From contig JAYWIR010000030.1 in the NCBI GenBank assembly GCA_036172245.1, forward strand, positions 1,426,001-1,490,000: 64,000 nucleotides of DNA, written 5' to 3'. This stretch comes from Raillietiella orientalis (lineage: Eukaryota). A model generated the notes under the pieces. That model did not search any database, had not been told where the DNA came from, and saw nothing but the letters and a program-made list of their open reading frames with translations. Below, piece by piece: positions 40,614 to 53,764 of the stretch (positions are counted from its first letter, which is position 1; the number at the start of each line of letters is the position of its first letter). A program made the position numbers and the translations under genes.

Positions 40614-41116
40614 GGGTTCAAAAGCCCGAACGCCGAAATCCTGAAAGATCACATTAAATAAAAATACACAATATAACCTTTAATATTAATATACATGCAT
40701 TATTTTAATATATATACATTGACATACATTTAATATATATTAAGATTAAAATACTTGAACAACTAATATATATATATATATAACATAATTGTTTATGTAT
40801 CTTAATAAATTAAAACATATTATCAATTACAGCATTTACACGGATATGAATAAGTGTTAATCAATATGTATGTTCAAATAATATTAATATGAATGCATGT
40901 ATATGTTAAAATAAATCTGTATATTAGTCTCTACATAAATGCATATATTAATATACTGTGTATATTAAATATAATGCATAAATTAATATTAATAAGCATA
41001 TGTGCATTTTTATTATATTTTTAATATCTGTTAACTGTACATAAATGGATATCTTAATGTATACGTATTAGGCATGTATATTTATTTTTTATGATCTTTC
41101 GGGATCTGAACATCCC
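40614..41116. mobile_element. Non-autonomous Ricksha-like MULE with 9-bp target-site duplication
   Basis: Left gggttcaaaagcccgaacgccgaaatcctgaaagatc; right gatctttcgggatctgaacatccc. Flanks tctcaaaag (40605-40613) and tcccaaaag (41117-41125) match at 8 of 9. Confidence 0.8.
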
Positions 41117-41209
41117 TCCCAAAAGTTCGCTACTTTGCCTATAGCAATAGATACGATAGTTGCATCACAAAGAATCAATAAATATGCGAATGCATAAACA
41201 CGAGTGCAT

Positions 41210-42050
41210 CAAGCGGGACAGTGGAAAGTGTCCTGAGTCATTGACGGCAGAACCCAACTGATAAAGGCGTGGACATCTCGGTAGCTAGCGGAAGCTGCGA
41301 CCCTGAGTGTACCGCCCAAAGGCACTTTTACGCTGGGGCGAGAGCTACTCGCATTACCTCCGGTGGAGGTGAAGTGGACGCCAGCGTCCTGGAACAGTGG
41401 CTCCCTCCCAGTGGAAGGAGGGTGGCGCTGCTCGACTTGCATTGGGGACTCCCGTGCAAAGCACGCCTCACTCACTGGACACGTGGAAGTGTGGATGCCC
41501 TGTGTGACCGTTGCGGAGAGAAAGAGACTTTCTCGCACCTCCTCGTGGACTGCATCGCCCTCCGTCTTGCGGCGATCCTGAACATTCGCGGAGGCACCCC
41601 CAGGGACATTTTCAGGAGCCTCTTCTCGCGTGCTGCCCTGCCTCCGGCCGCGTCTGTAGCAGTGCTGTGCTGCATTTGCGGAATCGTGGCGGCATGGTAC
41701 GCGTCCAAAAGAGACCGGAATGGCAGGGATGCCATCCGCTGGACGCGCATCTTTGTGCGCAACATTTCCAGGTGGCCCCACCTGGGTGCAGCCAGGACGC
41801 AACTTGCCGGAATCCTGAACAGGATCTAGAGGACCTCTCCACGCGCAATGCGATCCCTTCCCCGCCCTCCCCACCCCTACGGATTTCTCCCCTTCTCACG
41901 TTTCACTTTTTGTTTCTTTATTTATTTTTTCCCTTCCCCTGCTCAGTGGATGGACCTCGCCGGTCTTTGCACCGGCAAACTGCAAGTTGATGTGACGTGG
42001 TGGGCCCTTGGGTCCACAGCGAGAAAGCTTAAGGTATTTTTATTTCATCA
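41210..42050 (+). mobile_element. 5'-truncated L1/Tx1-clade LINE, 3' end (zf-RVT domain plus 3' UTR)
   Basis: ORF 41269-41829 contains LLDLHWGLPCKARL...CDRCGEKETFSHLLVDC...AAWYA (CxxC..ET..H....C of zf-RVT), then a stop and a pyrimidine-rich UTR. Confidence 0.75.
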
Positions 42051-42989
42051 TTGAATGCCCCTGCACATCCGGGTGTTAATGCATCGAGCGGAAAGATTAA
42101 TTGATGCTGCTGCAATAAATAGACGGTATGCTTATTCACATCAGCATATATGTGTATGAATGTTCATTTAAAATAGAGATACATATCTACCCATGCATGG
42201 AGTCTACGTATAATGTGAACATTTGCCTGTATTATATTCAGGTATATTCAAAAATTATTTATCTAGGCACCGAAATATGACATGCTAGAAATTTTACAGC
42301 ATGAAAAATGATGAAAGTGTGGAACAGTGGAAAATCAGTTGGCATGGGAATTTTCGAATAAAACAAAAGGTTTGTCTTGCTGGTCATTCACGGAGATGCT
42401 TGAGATGCGTGATGTTTCATGCCGCTTGCCATGCACAGAACTTGGGTGGAAGAGCTGTGTACTCCTCCATTCAGATCTCGAGAATCTCCTGCGCTCTCGC
42501 CGCCGTTGTTCCTCAGAAGAGTGAGGTGAGTAGCTGCTACCGCTGCGGCAGAGGTACAGCGGAACTTCCCATTACTAGTCATGGGGGACCTGGAGCGGCA
42601 ATGAGAGCTCAGAGAGTGTTTCCATTGTCAACAATTGCTGCAGAAATGTTTGAGGCAGGGAAGCTCCCAGAAGCAGTGGGGACCTGAGACGAAGACACAG
42701 AAAGGACAGAGAAAGGCATCCAGGTAGGGGCAGGCTGCACCTTTTTCGTGAAGCGCACAGTGCGTAGGTCTCGACGAAGCGACGGCAACGACCATCACAT
42801 GCGTATTCCGGTTGTTGACGGCCAAGGTTGAAGAGGGAGATAACAGAGTTCTCAAAAACCAAGTACCAAGGAATCACGACTCCGATGCATCTCTTATATC
42901 AACGATAGGAAGTTAATTCTCTCTCTCTTTCCTTCTTTCCTCTTATTCACGATTACCGTATCCGTTCCTTTCGATTATGATCCGAAGAT

Positions 42990-44060
42990 TGGTAGGTTGT
43001 TCTCAAGGTAAGAGTAAGAAAACAGACACCTTTTCAGAACATTCGGATAAAGGCTTGGGGGTCCATCAGAACAAGGTGAGGGGAAGAGAATTCCTAAGGA
43101 ATTGGAGTAGGTCTCAGGCAGCGATCTCATAGAATGAAACAGTGGTTCGAGCGAATCTCAGGAAGGTCCACAAGCATAGCACTGAAAGACAAAATCCTCT
43201 TAGTGAATAAACCTTATATGGTATCAGTTGGAAACATTCAATCCCGAAAGAACGTTATAATAAAACAGTCAGTGATAAAGATAGAAGCACAACAGATCTT
43301 GGAGCTTATTATCTGGAGAATAATCTTTAGTTGCTGGCGCATTGGATTCAGTGCCACTGGTGCAGAGACCTAGCAGAATTCACATCCGCAGTCCAGTTCG
43401 GAAAATCATTTTTTGGACATTCACGATGCACTTTGGAAGTTTTGCCGATTATTTCATCTTACAGATTTTCTTTCGTGAGGGAAAAAGAGGTGTTTCTCTC
43501 ATCATGAATAAAGACTCGATTGTTCTCGCATCAGCGTGTTCCGAACAACAACAACAACGATCACAAATAAAGTTATTCCCACCAATTTCATATGTAAAAG
43601 GTTTCCCCCCAAAGTGGTGTACTGAAAGTTCTCTGTCAATGTTGGAACCTTGTAATGTACTGAAGAGGCTTATGGCTAGCATGGAGCGGTTCCCTTGGTT
43701 TCATGACCCAGTTTAGAAAAGGTTTTCTTCTATTAATTCTGCAAGAACTATCTGGTAACTACTCACTGTATTCCATTGTACAATTTTACAAAAATTTTTT
43801 CTTTCACACAGCTGCAACGCTGGAAAGTTACAAGAGCATTTCTTTCGTGTCAGTAATGTGGGAAGATTAGATTCATACCCTCAAAACCAAGGGTCGTTAT
43901 TGAGAGAAAGTAACTGTAAGACAGGTTGAGGGATTCACAGGCAAAACTACATGGGTTATCTGGATCTAGATGAAAGAAGAAAAAAAAGATCTTCCTCAAT
44001 CCTGGGAATAGTGATACTTGAAAGAGCCACCACTCTTCCTCAGAGCCTCAACCCACAATA
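42990..44060 (+). mobile_element. Degraded L1/Tx1-type ORF2 3' half
   Basis: SIALKDKILLVN...VIKIEAQQILELIIWR resembles the post-RT LS..GK.LL.N...FIW region; a later SC....QEHFF is zinc-finger-like. Many disruptions. Confidence 0.4.
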
Positions 44061-45541
44061 TTAAGGAAGCCAAATGCACTTTGATGTAGCTCGTTGTTCT
44101 GCTGCTTGTGCGAGGGCACGGTGGCCAGTTCTCTGCTTCTGGTTGCTGCGAAACTTTAAAACTCCATGAAAGTTTGACTGAGTGTAAATCATAACGTGTA
44201 GAATTTGAACTTCAAGCACCAATGGATGCAACCAGGCACAGAATAGGAACCTGTATTCTCAACGGTTTATTACGTTGTCATGTTTAAGTACATCGTGCAC
44301 TTCACAGTTTGATCATGTTTCCGTGATGTGGTTTGCCGAATTATGTACATTCTATTTGCAGTTATGGCATAGAGATTAAATCTGCTACATTTACGCAACT
44401 TCTGAATTTTGCCCGACTACTGGCTGTTTTCTGATTAACGTGTATTTTACTGTTGACCATGTTTTCACGTTACCAAAGTGTCCAAGCAACAACAGATTCC
44501 CTCTTCTTCGGGCGGTAATCAGCAAGTGAATAGTTTGCGTCATGAAGTTAGTCGATGAATAAAAGCAAAACGTTCGTCGAACAAATGAGGAATCGTATAA
44601 CACTGCTGTCTCTGCAAATATGTTAACGTCTGTCTCTTTGGTAGTGTAGACGTCTGAAAGTCGGTTGCGACGCAAAGCTTTGTGCGCCCATCTAAGAATA
44701 TCATAGCATGCAGTAACCACTGCGACAGGGAAATTCTTGAAATATGGCCAGAGAGATGGAGTTGATCTTTGCGAAAATAAATAAATAGATGAAATTACGA
44801 AAGCCAATTAACACTGAACAGTAAAACTACAAATATGGCTTTGACATGTTTTGAAGTCAGCACTGAGTATCACTTGAACTGGTCATGATGATGATCCAAG
44901 GAAATCTTTTGGATTAACATTTGACCCTTTATATACACATTGTTAGGGTTCAATACAACTGTTGAGTTGGGAAAAAAAATTGGCGAACTCTGTAAAGGTA
45001 ACTAATCAAATTCGCTGTACCCTTGTTCCTCGAGTTGGTGAGATCCATATTCATTGGTTTTTCCATGCTAAATAGTCTTTTGGCTATGGTGTGCTATTTT
45101 TTCCCTTAAATTCCACTTGTTTCCTATATGTAATATGTGAAATACACACAAAATATGAATTCCTGTGTTTTTCAATTATGAACTAACAAAGACTTCTTAA
45201 CCAAATAGATGATTGTCATGTTTTCCACCTTGTTTTTTCCAGGTGCACTGCTCATCACCAAAATGTGAGTTATGCAATGATACCATAGTTCAGTTAGCAG
45301 AACTGTGAATTTTTAAGTTTGATGTAGGAAAGTTTGCTTAGCATGACGAATTTTAGCAAATCATCCAAAGTGCACATAGTTTGTTCAAATACATTACTAT
45401 GGAAAGATGTAAACAAATCATTAGCGAATTTATGTAAATACAAAAATATACACAGGGACTTCTAGTAGGTGGTTATTAGATGACTTGACAAGGACTCAAC
45501 ATCATAAAACTGTGAACACTTATCAAGAAAATTAAGCAATA

Positions 45542-46816
45542 TTATTCCAACAGCTCAGATGCTGTTAGTATCCCTCTTTCTGTAATATAGTTCTTTATCA
45601 AATGGACAGGTGTTACATCAAAGGCTGGATTCCAGCATGAAGTTTCTGCAAAATTTTGATTTGAGATGCCTACATAAACAAAATACCTGGTGGTGCTGAA
45701 CTTGACTGAAGCATTTCTTGTGATGGTCTCATTTCAATAGGAACACTAATGCCATCTTTGCAATTGACATCCACTGTGTCACAAGTAGCAGCTACATAAA
45801 AAGGAACTCCATGGAACTGGGCAACAATAGCTAACTGAACACTTCGTTGTTATTGTTGTTTTTGCAGTGCCACCTGATAAGTGCCAATCTTATTGATGAC
45901 ATCTCCATTAGCTGCTATTCTGTCTGCTCCCACGATCACAGCTGTAATAGGCTTTGCAGCCATCAGGGAAGCTGCCATTGAGTCACAAATAAGGGTTACT
46001 GGGATGTGGTCATGCTGCAGCTCCAAAACAGTTAAGCGAGATCCTTGATTGTATGGTCTAGTTTCTGTGCAGTACACAGTTTCTACACTTTTGATTAGTA
46101 GCACAAGCACTCTTTTGTTACTACCTAGCAAGCCTTCTTTGTGAAGTGATCGAGCAACTCCTAAAGCTGTTCCATGACCTAATGTTGCCAAAGTACCAGT
46201 GTTACAATGAGTAATCAGTGTAATTCTGCCACTTGATAATGCCTGCAAACATCTTACTCCATGATCACCAATGGAAATATTTTTTTGCAAGTCCCTGTCA
46301 ATTAAGTCCAAGCAGTATTGATGGATGCTATGCTAAATGTCAACTGTATGTTCCATCAGCAAGTACCTGCTTTGCAAGTGATTTACATCTTGGTCAACAG
46401 AATTTACAAGTTGCTTAAGTTCATCCAAGTATTTATGCAAATGAACTGCAGTGGGTCTGGCAGAAGATAAGTAATTACAAATGGAGATGATGAATTTCTG
46501 TAACTCTGCATAGGATGCAAATATAGTTTGATGTATTGTCACATCAACTGCTAAGCAAGCAACAATTGCAATTGCTGGTGCACCTCGCACCTAAAGTTGA
46601 TAAGGATGCATTTTTCAAGTCGAGGTTCCCAATTGCAAATGTTTATAAATTGCATATAAAGTATGCCATTAAAATAATTGTTACCTGCATTTTGTTTATT
46701 ACTTCCCAAGCCTCATTTGCTGTCCTAATGCAAATGTATTTCAACTCATTTGGCAAGGACAACTGATCAAGAATTTCCAAATTCCAGTCATTGTATTTGA
46801 TGCTTTCTAAGGTCAT
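45542..46816 (-). CDS. MRI1: Methylthioribose-1-phosphate isomerase (methionine salvage)
   Basis: Exons 46816-46685, 46590-46367, 46327-46125, 46082-45874, 45834-45687, 45645-45542, complete from ATG to TAA. Motifs [72 protein letters not shown]. Confidence 0.96.
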
Positions 46817-48848
46817 TGTTACAAGTACTACAATCAGATCTGGAAACCAATCGAGGGAAGAATGCATATGAGGTTATAGCAGTCTTATACAGATAGAGCA
46901 TACTCTGTGCATTTAATAGAAATTACTGTTGTCAAAAGTATTCGATAAGAGTGTATGCTGAACTGCAACTACAGAAATCGTGGCACACATATCATACACA
47001 CAACTTTATGCACAAGTATATTCATAGTTTGCCATATGCATAGGCAAAGTATGCATTTTACACTGCATTTCATGAACAGAGGATGCCAATTTTTTTTGCA
47101 AAACATGATCACTATCACCTCCGTGTTTCAGTACTACGTGATATGTCCGTATGATTTTACGTTACTTTAACTACATCCCTTACGTACAGTACTGGATAAT
47201 CAGCAAACGTTACATTTGTGTTTTACATAACCCATGCGTAGATTCGTTCAAATTCCATGGTGTTTCAAACTTCAATTTGTCGTCGACAAAGCTGCGATAA
47301 AATCAGTGAAAGTGGACAAAACTTTACGTCCTCTTACAAACCCACCTTTGCTTACTGTTGTTGTCCGTCTCAGATATGCAAATTCAATGTTAAGTGCCAA
47401 GCAGAGTTAGCAAAACGAAGTAGTTACGAACTAAAATGTTTAATAACTGATACTATGAAAAAATATCTTGGAATGTAATTTCTTTTCACTACTATTTTAT
47501 TTATATAGCACATCTTTTTGAAAAACCCTAAAACATATTAAATACTTCCTGGGAGTTGTAGTAGAACTGTAAACTGGTAGACACAAATAATTGGAATATA
47601 ATTTGCATTTCTAGAGTATAATTTTGTGTATATTTATTTTCTATATGATTTCATATACAGACTTTATATTCAAAGCATAATTTTATTTGCATTCATTCGG
47701 TGGTGTGTAATTGAGATCGGCCAGATCATACTTTGTAGGTTATAATGCTAAATAAAAACTGCGTAAAGGCTAAAATTATCCCATTATATAGCATTATAAT
47801 TATTCACTAAATCTAAAGGCATTCTGCCAAAATTGTTCATGAGATTCCATTTGATTGGTAAGTTTTCTTTAAGTGGTCCGAATTACGGTCATTCAACAAA
47901 ATAGACTATAGTATTAGCAGACTGAATCAAACTAAAATCTAAGAAAACCTAAAATTCTTACACGACATCAATATCATATCAAAACACATCTAGAATTTGA
48001 CGCTGAAAACGTTTTTGTTTGTTCTGTATTTGTTCTAACAAGCATATTTTTGGGAAAAGTAAAAGCTTCTAACTGAAATCTCAAAACAAATGAGCTGATA
48101 TTCACATGTAATTCTAAATATCTGCCCTTTTAATCGGAGTGCATTCCTTAAGATTTCACAGAAATAAGCACAAGGTTCAAACAGTATTGAGAAGCAATTA
48201 TTAAATGAATATATTTTTATATGCCTGTTATTATATTTCCACATAATCTATAACATTCGGGACATTTGCTAACTAATTAGTGTCGCTTTTATAAAAAGAA
48301 ATCAGTTGGTTTATATTTCTACTATATGCTTATTTTAATTTATTTTCAAGACGAAAAATGCTAGTTAAAATGTACTTCTATTGAAATGTACTTCGTTCTC
48401 AGGCATTTGAAATTGTTGAAGAATTTTTTTGGAATATTAATAGTAGTGGCTGCTACAATGTTTATTTTCAAGCAGAATGAAGCAAATAGAACATGAAAAA
48501 AAACTAGATTTTCATCTGTTATTACTGTTCATTGTTTCCATGATACTGCATTCTCATTATTTTCTTAATAGCCATATCATGAAAAATATGGAAAGGTCAT
48601 GCGGAAATGAAATTGGCAATTCTGCGCATTGGAGGGCATTTCTGTGTTTCTATTCAAAAAGTTTTGTATTGCACCGTATGGTGAATTTCTTATAGCAGTT
48701 GTAGTTGCTTAAAAAATGTGAAATTCGTCATGATGATTATGTGTATTCGTATATCACGTAATGAAACAAGTGTTATTATGACAGTTTTTTTGCTATACAA
48801 ACGTATTGTTTGTGCCGCGAAATCAATTTTGAATTCTGAATATTTCCC
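46817..48848. promoter_or_regulatory. Divergent (head-to-head) promoter/5' UTR region of MRI1 and SMC1
   Basis: Start codons face away from each other about 2.0 kb apart. Contains tgggagttgtagt at 47550-47562. Transcription start sites are not determinable from sequence. Confidence 0.6.
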
Positions 48849-51800
48849 ATGATGCGTGCTTTTTTGAAGTACATTGAAGTGGAGAACTTCAAGTCATATA
48901 AAGGTTTTCAAAGAGTAGGATCCTTTAAGCCTTTTATGGCCATAATTGGCCCCAATGGATCAGGTATGTTCTTGAATTTTATTCGATGTCTTGATTGTAA
49001 TTCCTGAAATAATTCAGGGAAATCAAATTTCATGGATGCGGTTAGTTTTGTTATGGGGGAAAAGACATCAAGTTTGCGAGTTAAAAAACTGAGCGATCTG
49101 ATTCATGGAGCCTCCATAAACATGCCCGTCTCACGAACTGCATCCGTAACCGCGGTTTTTGAACTGTCCGATGGTACGGAAAAAAGATTTACTAGAACTG
49201 TTCATGGTGCCTCTTCTGATCATAAGATCGATGATGAAGTAAGTACTTTTTCTATTTTAAGTTTCAGAAGTGTTATATTTCTATTAAAGTCTGTTGCCCA
49301 GTTTGAGGCATATAAACCTCATTTGTGATTTTAGGTGGTATCCAACCAGTTGTATTTGTGTGAACTGGAAAAATTAGGGATTAATGTAAAAGCGAAGAAT
49401 TTTTTGGTTTTTCAAGGTGCCGTGGAAAATATTGCCATGAAAAATCCAAAGGAGAGAACTGTACTGTTTGAAGAGATTAGTGGGTAGGTATTAAACATAG
49501 AATGAATGCTGACCTCACCATTCCATGCAACTGTAATATTGACTTTTCCTAGTATAGTGGTTAACTTGTTAGGGGAATAAAGCATTTAAAGTGTTTAACA
49601 ACAATGTATGTATCAGTGTTTGGATTGTAGATCACATGCTCTTAAGGAAGAATATGACCAGATGAAGACAGAAATGCTCAAGGCAGAAGAAGATACTCAA
49701 TTTAGTTACCAGAAAAAAAAGGGTATTGCAGCAGAGAGAAAGGAAGCAAAAATGGAAAAAGAGGAAGCTGAGAAGTACCAAAAGCTGAAGGAAGATTTGG
49801 TTAGTGATCTTTTGATGGAAATTTTGATCTGTTTTTATATGTTTTTCAATGTTTTGTGCCCACGTTATGGGTTAGTGGGCAGACTTATGTTGTAGATGAG
49901 AATTAAAATGTAGAAATTGGGAAATTCTGTTACTAACAGATCACAGTCCTATAAGAAGTCCGTGAGGCATGGAAAATATTGCAGTTCTGGTGATTTTTAG
50001 AATTTAAATACATGTAGATAAACGAATTCCAGGAGAAACTGAAAATTTTGTTTCCTCAAGTTGATGTATAAACACTGTTTGTTAAATACTCTTAATTTTC
50101 TCCAAAATGTTGCTTAAATTGGAACATTGTGCCAGAGATTTTAAGCAATGTGAAGGATATCAATTTGATTTATGAAGACTATGAAGAAGGATTTGGATTT
50201 CTTCGATTGATTTTTGAGATTGATTCATTTCTAAAGTTTTTGGTTTTCTATATTGAATTGCATATCCAAAGTTTTTTAATTGTAGTGTCTCAACATTATG
50301 TAATTAAATATAATACAAGTAATGAGTAAGAAAATAGTTATTCTTCTTGATCTGAGTGTATTAACAGTGCCCCCCCTCCAATTACTTTGAAATTTGATAT
50401 GTAGTTGCCTGTTTTGCATGAAGTTTAGGAGTTGCAGGATCAGATATGCTCTAAAATAATTGTTAAATAATGTTTTCTGAAAAAGTTAAACAAATGTAGC
50501 AGTATATAAATCAATTATTGAAATATTTGGGAGTTTTATTATATTTTCAGGAAGAGAAACAAGTGCAGGCAGAATTGTTTCGATTGTATCATACTGAAAA
50601 AGAACTGGACAGTCTGGTGCAAGAATTGAGCCGCAAAAAAAAGACGTTGTCCAAAGTGGAGGAGAAAAAGCAGCGTTGCGAGGATGCTCTCAAGGAAAAA
50701 AAGAAAGAGCAAGGCAAGCTAAATCGAGACATGGCAAAGCAAGAGCAGGAAATCCGGGAAATGGTATGGATCCATGGTTTTATTACTCATTTGTTTCATT
50801 TGGAAATTTGCAGGAGTCCGAGATCAATAAGAAAAGACCATTCTTTATCAAGTGCAAAGAAAGAGTGGCACATATGCAGAAAAAACTGGAATCAGCGAAG
50901 AAATCTCTTGCACAGGCACGCAAAGCACATGAAGTCCATGCACATGAAGTGGCAGAGCTAGAAAGGGAGCTGCAGCATGTAGATTCACAAAGAATTCAGT
51001 ATGAGGAAGCATTAGCAGATGATTCGTTAGATTCGGGACGCAGTGTGCACTTGGGAGAAGTACAAGTGCGTGAATATAATCGCTTGAAGGAGGAAGCAGC
51101 AATGCAATCCGCATTATATGTGCATGAATTGGATTCCATCAACCGTGAACAAAAGCTGGATCAGGATCGATTAGATAACGAGTGCCGCAAGAAAACGGAT
51201 TTAGAAAACAGACTCCTCCAGAAAAGCCATGAATTGGAAGAGGCACAGAAACGAGTGGAGAAATTGAGTGAGCATATTCGTCAAAGTGAGCAAGGCATGG
51301 AAGAGCAGCAGCGTCTGCGTATGGAGCTCCAGCATGATGTCGAATACTCCAAGGAGCGAATTGGTCAGTTACAAGCAGAGCTGGAAAGCATTGTGGAGCA
51401 GTTAGGGGATGCACGTGTGGACAAGCATGAAGATTCCAAAAGAAAGAGAAAGCAGGAGATTGTAGACAATTTCAAAAGGCTATTTCCTGGGGTATATGAT
51501 CGCATGATCAACATGTGTCAAACAATCCATAAGCGGTACAATGTTGCTACCACGAAGGTTCTTGGACGCAATATGGAGGCTATTGTGGTGGATACAGAAG
51601 CTACAGCACGGAAATGCATCCAATATTTGAAAGAACAGATGCTCGATCCCGAAACCTTTCTGCCTCTTGACTATATCCAAGCAAAGCCACTGAAAGAGCG
51701 ACTGAGAAACATTCGCGAACCACGTAACGTCAAATTATTGTACGATGTGCTGCAATTCGACCCACCAGAAATCCGCAGGGCGGTGCTATATGCAACCAAT

Positions 51801-53764
51801 AATGCCCTGGTTTGTGAAACTCCAGAGGATGCAATGCATGTTGCATATGAACAACCTGATGGTTACCGTTACGACGCAGTGGCCTTAGACGGTACTTGTT
51901 ATCAGAAAAGTGGAATAATTTCCGGTGGGAGCTTAGACTTGGCAAGGAAAGCTAAGCGTTGGGATGAGAAACTTCTCAATACCTTAAAGCAGCAAAAAGA
52001 GAAGGTTGTCGAAGAACTCCGTGAAGCCCAAAAAAGTTCTCGTAAGGAGTCTGAGCTCAGTACCATCGATTCACAGATTCGAGGATTGGAGACACGTCTC
52101 AAGTATTCGCGTAGTGACCTCGAGAACACACGACGGCAGATTGCTGGATTGCAGCACGAGCTGGAGAATCTCAAGCACGAATTGCACGAATTCGGACCTC
52201 GCATCGAGGAAATGGAAAATGTTGTGCGTGCACGCGATCAGCAGATCAGAGATATCAGAGAGAAAATGAATCGTGTGGAGGATGTCGTATTCGCAGCATT
52301 TTGTGAGCAGATAGGTGTATCCGATATCCGCCAGTACGAGGAAAGAGAGCTTCGCACACAACAAGAACGAGGGAAGCACAGGCTGGAATTCGAGGACCAG
52401 CGTAATCGTTTGGTGAACCAACTTGAGTTTGAGAAATCTCGCAACACTTACAACAACGTCACGAGGTGGGAGCGGGCTGTTCAGGAGGATGAAGAAGAAC
52501 TAGCCAAGTGTCGAAATGCGGAGGAGGTTCAAATGTCGGAAATAGAAGGTGACATGAGATGCATTGAGAAGCTGAAAGCAGATCGGCTTGCTAAGAAAAC
52601 AGAAATAGATATGTTCGAGGAAAAAGTGAATTCATCCAGAAAAGAATTGGCTTCGGTTACCAAAGAGCTTCAGAGTTTGCAAAAACAAGTGACCAGCACA
52701 GAAACAAGAGTGGAGCAAAAGCGGAACGAATATTACGCCATTTTGAAACAGTGCAAAATGGATGATATACAGATTCCTCTATTAGATGGCAGCATGGAGG
52801 ATATTGGAGAAGGCGTCACGAGTGTAGGGGAATCAGAAGTGTTGGAGAATTCAGAAGTGGTGTATCCTTTGAGACCTCCTCGTATATGCGTCGACTACAG
52901 TAATCTGTCGGAACATCTGAAAGATCTTGATGACATAGATGACGTCAGAAAAATCGAATCAAAACTGAATCGGGAAATCAACGATCTGACCCAGTTGTTG
53001 GAAAAGATACAAGCCCCCAACATGAAAGCTACTCAGAAGCTGGATGCCGCGAGGGAGCGTTGGCAAGAGACGAACGAAGAGTTCGACAACGCGCGACGTC
53101 GAGCAAAGAAAGCAAAACAGGCATTTGAACGCGTGAAAAAGGAACGCTACGATAAGTTCGTGGACTGCTTCGAACACGTATCCAACGAGATCGATTCCAT
53201 CTACAAAGCGTTAACGCGTAATTCCTCCGCACAAGCGTTCTTGGGACCAGAGAATCCCGAAGAACCGTACCTGGATGGGATCAATTATAACTGCGTCGCT
53301 CCTGGCAAGCGCTTCCAGCCCATGTCCAACCTCTCGGGAGGAGAGAAGACTGTAGCAGCGCTGGCTTTGCTTTTTGCAATCCACAGGTTTGCCCTGTCTT
53401 CCTGGGGTGTTGAGTAAAGGGTGTCGCAGCTATCAGCCAGCTCCGTTTTTTGTCTTGGACGAAATCGATGCAGCTTTGGACAACACGAACATCGGGAAAG
53501 TGGCGACCTATATCCGAGAAAAGACGAGCAACCTGCAGATTATCGTAATCTCATTGAAAGAAGAATTTTACAGTCATGCTGATGCTTTGATTGGGATTTG
53601 CCCTGATGTGAGCCCCTCGCAGAGCATCCGAAGGTTTTAATCAGATGTTTCAGCCGGGGGAATGCACAATAAGCAGAGTTTTGAGCCTGGATCTCCTTCC
53701 GTTCGAAGATCAGTTGCAGCATCCGGAAGAGTCCTTCCTTCTGCTGCATCACCTTCGGCACTGA
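48849..53764 (+). CDS. SMC1: Structural maintenance of chromosomes protein 1 (cohesin subunit)
   Basis: Exons 48849-48963, 49018-49238, 49335-49483, 49631-49799, 50551-50763, 50814-53386, 53430-53607, 53654-53764. ENFKSY, Walker A GPNGSGKSN, Q-loop FLVFQG, hinge (PETFLPL, GIISGG), signature LSGGEK, Walker [13 protein letters not shown]. Confidence 0.98.

Noticed and set aside
44391..44807. 138-aa minus-strand ORF downstream of MRI1
   Set aside because: Non-ATG start and no homology recognised; may be promoter or UTR sequence.
50676..50813. N-terminus of the 913-aa ORF taken as the SMC1 start
   Set aside because: Out-of-frame exon 5 and intron sequence; the true start is at 48849.
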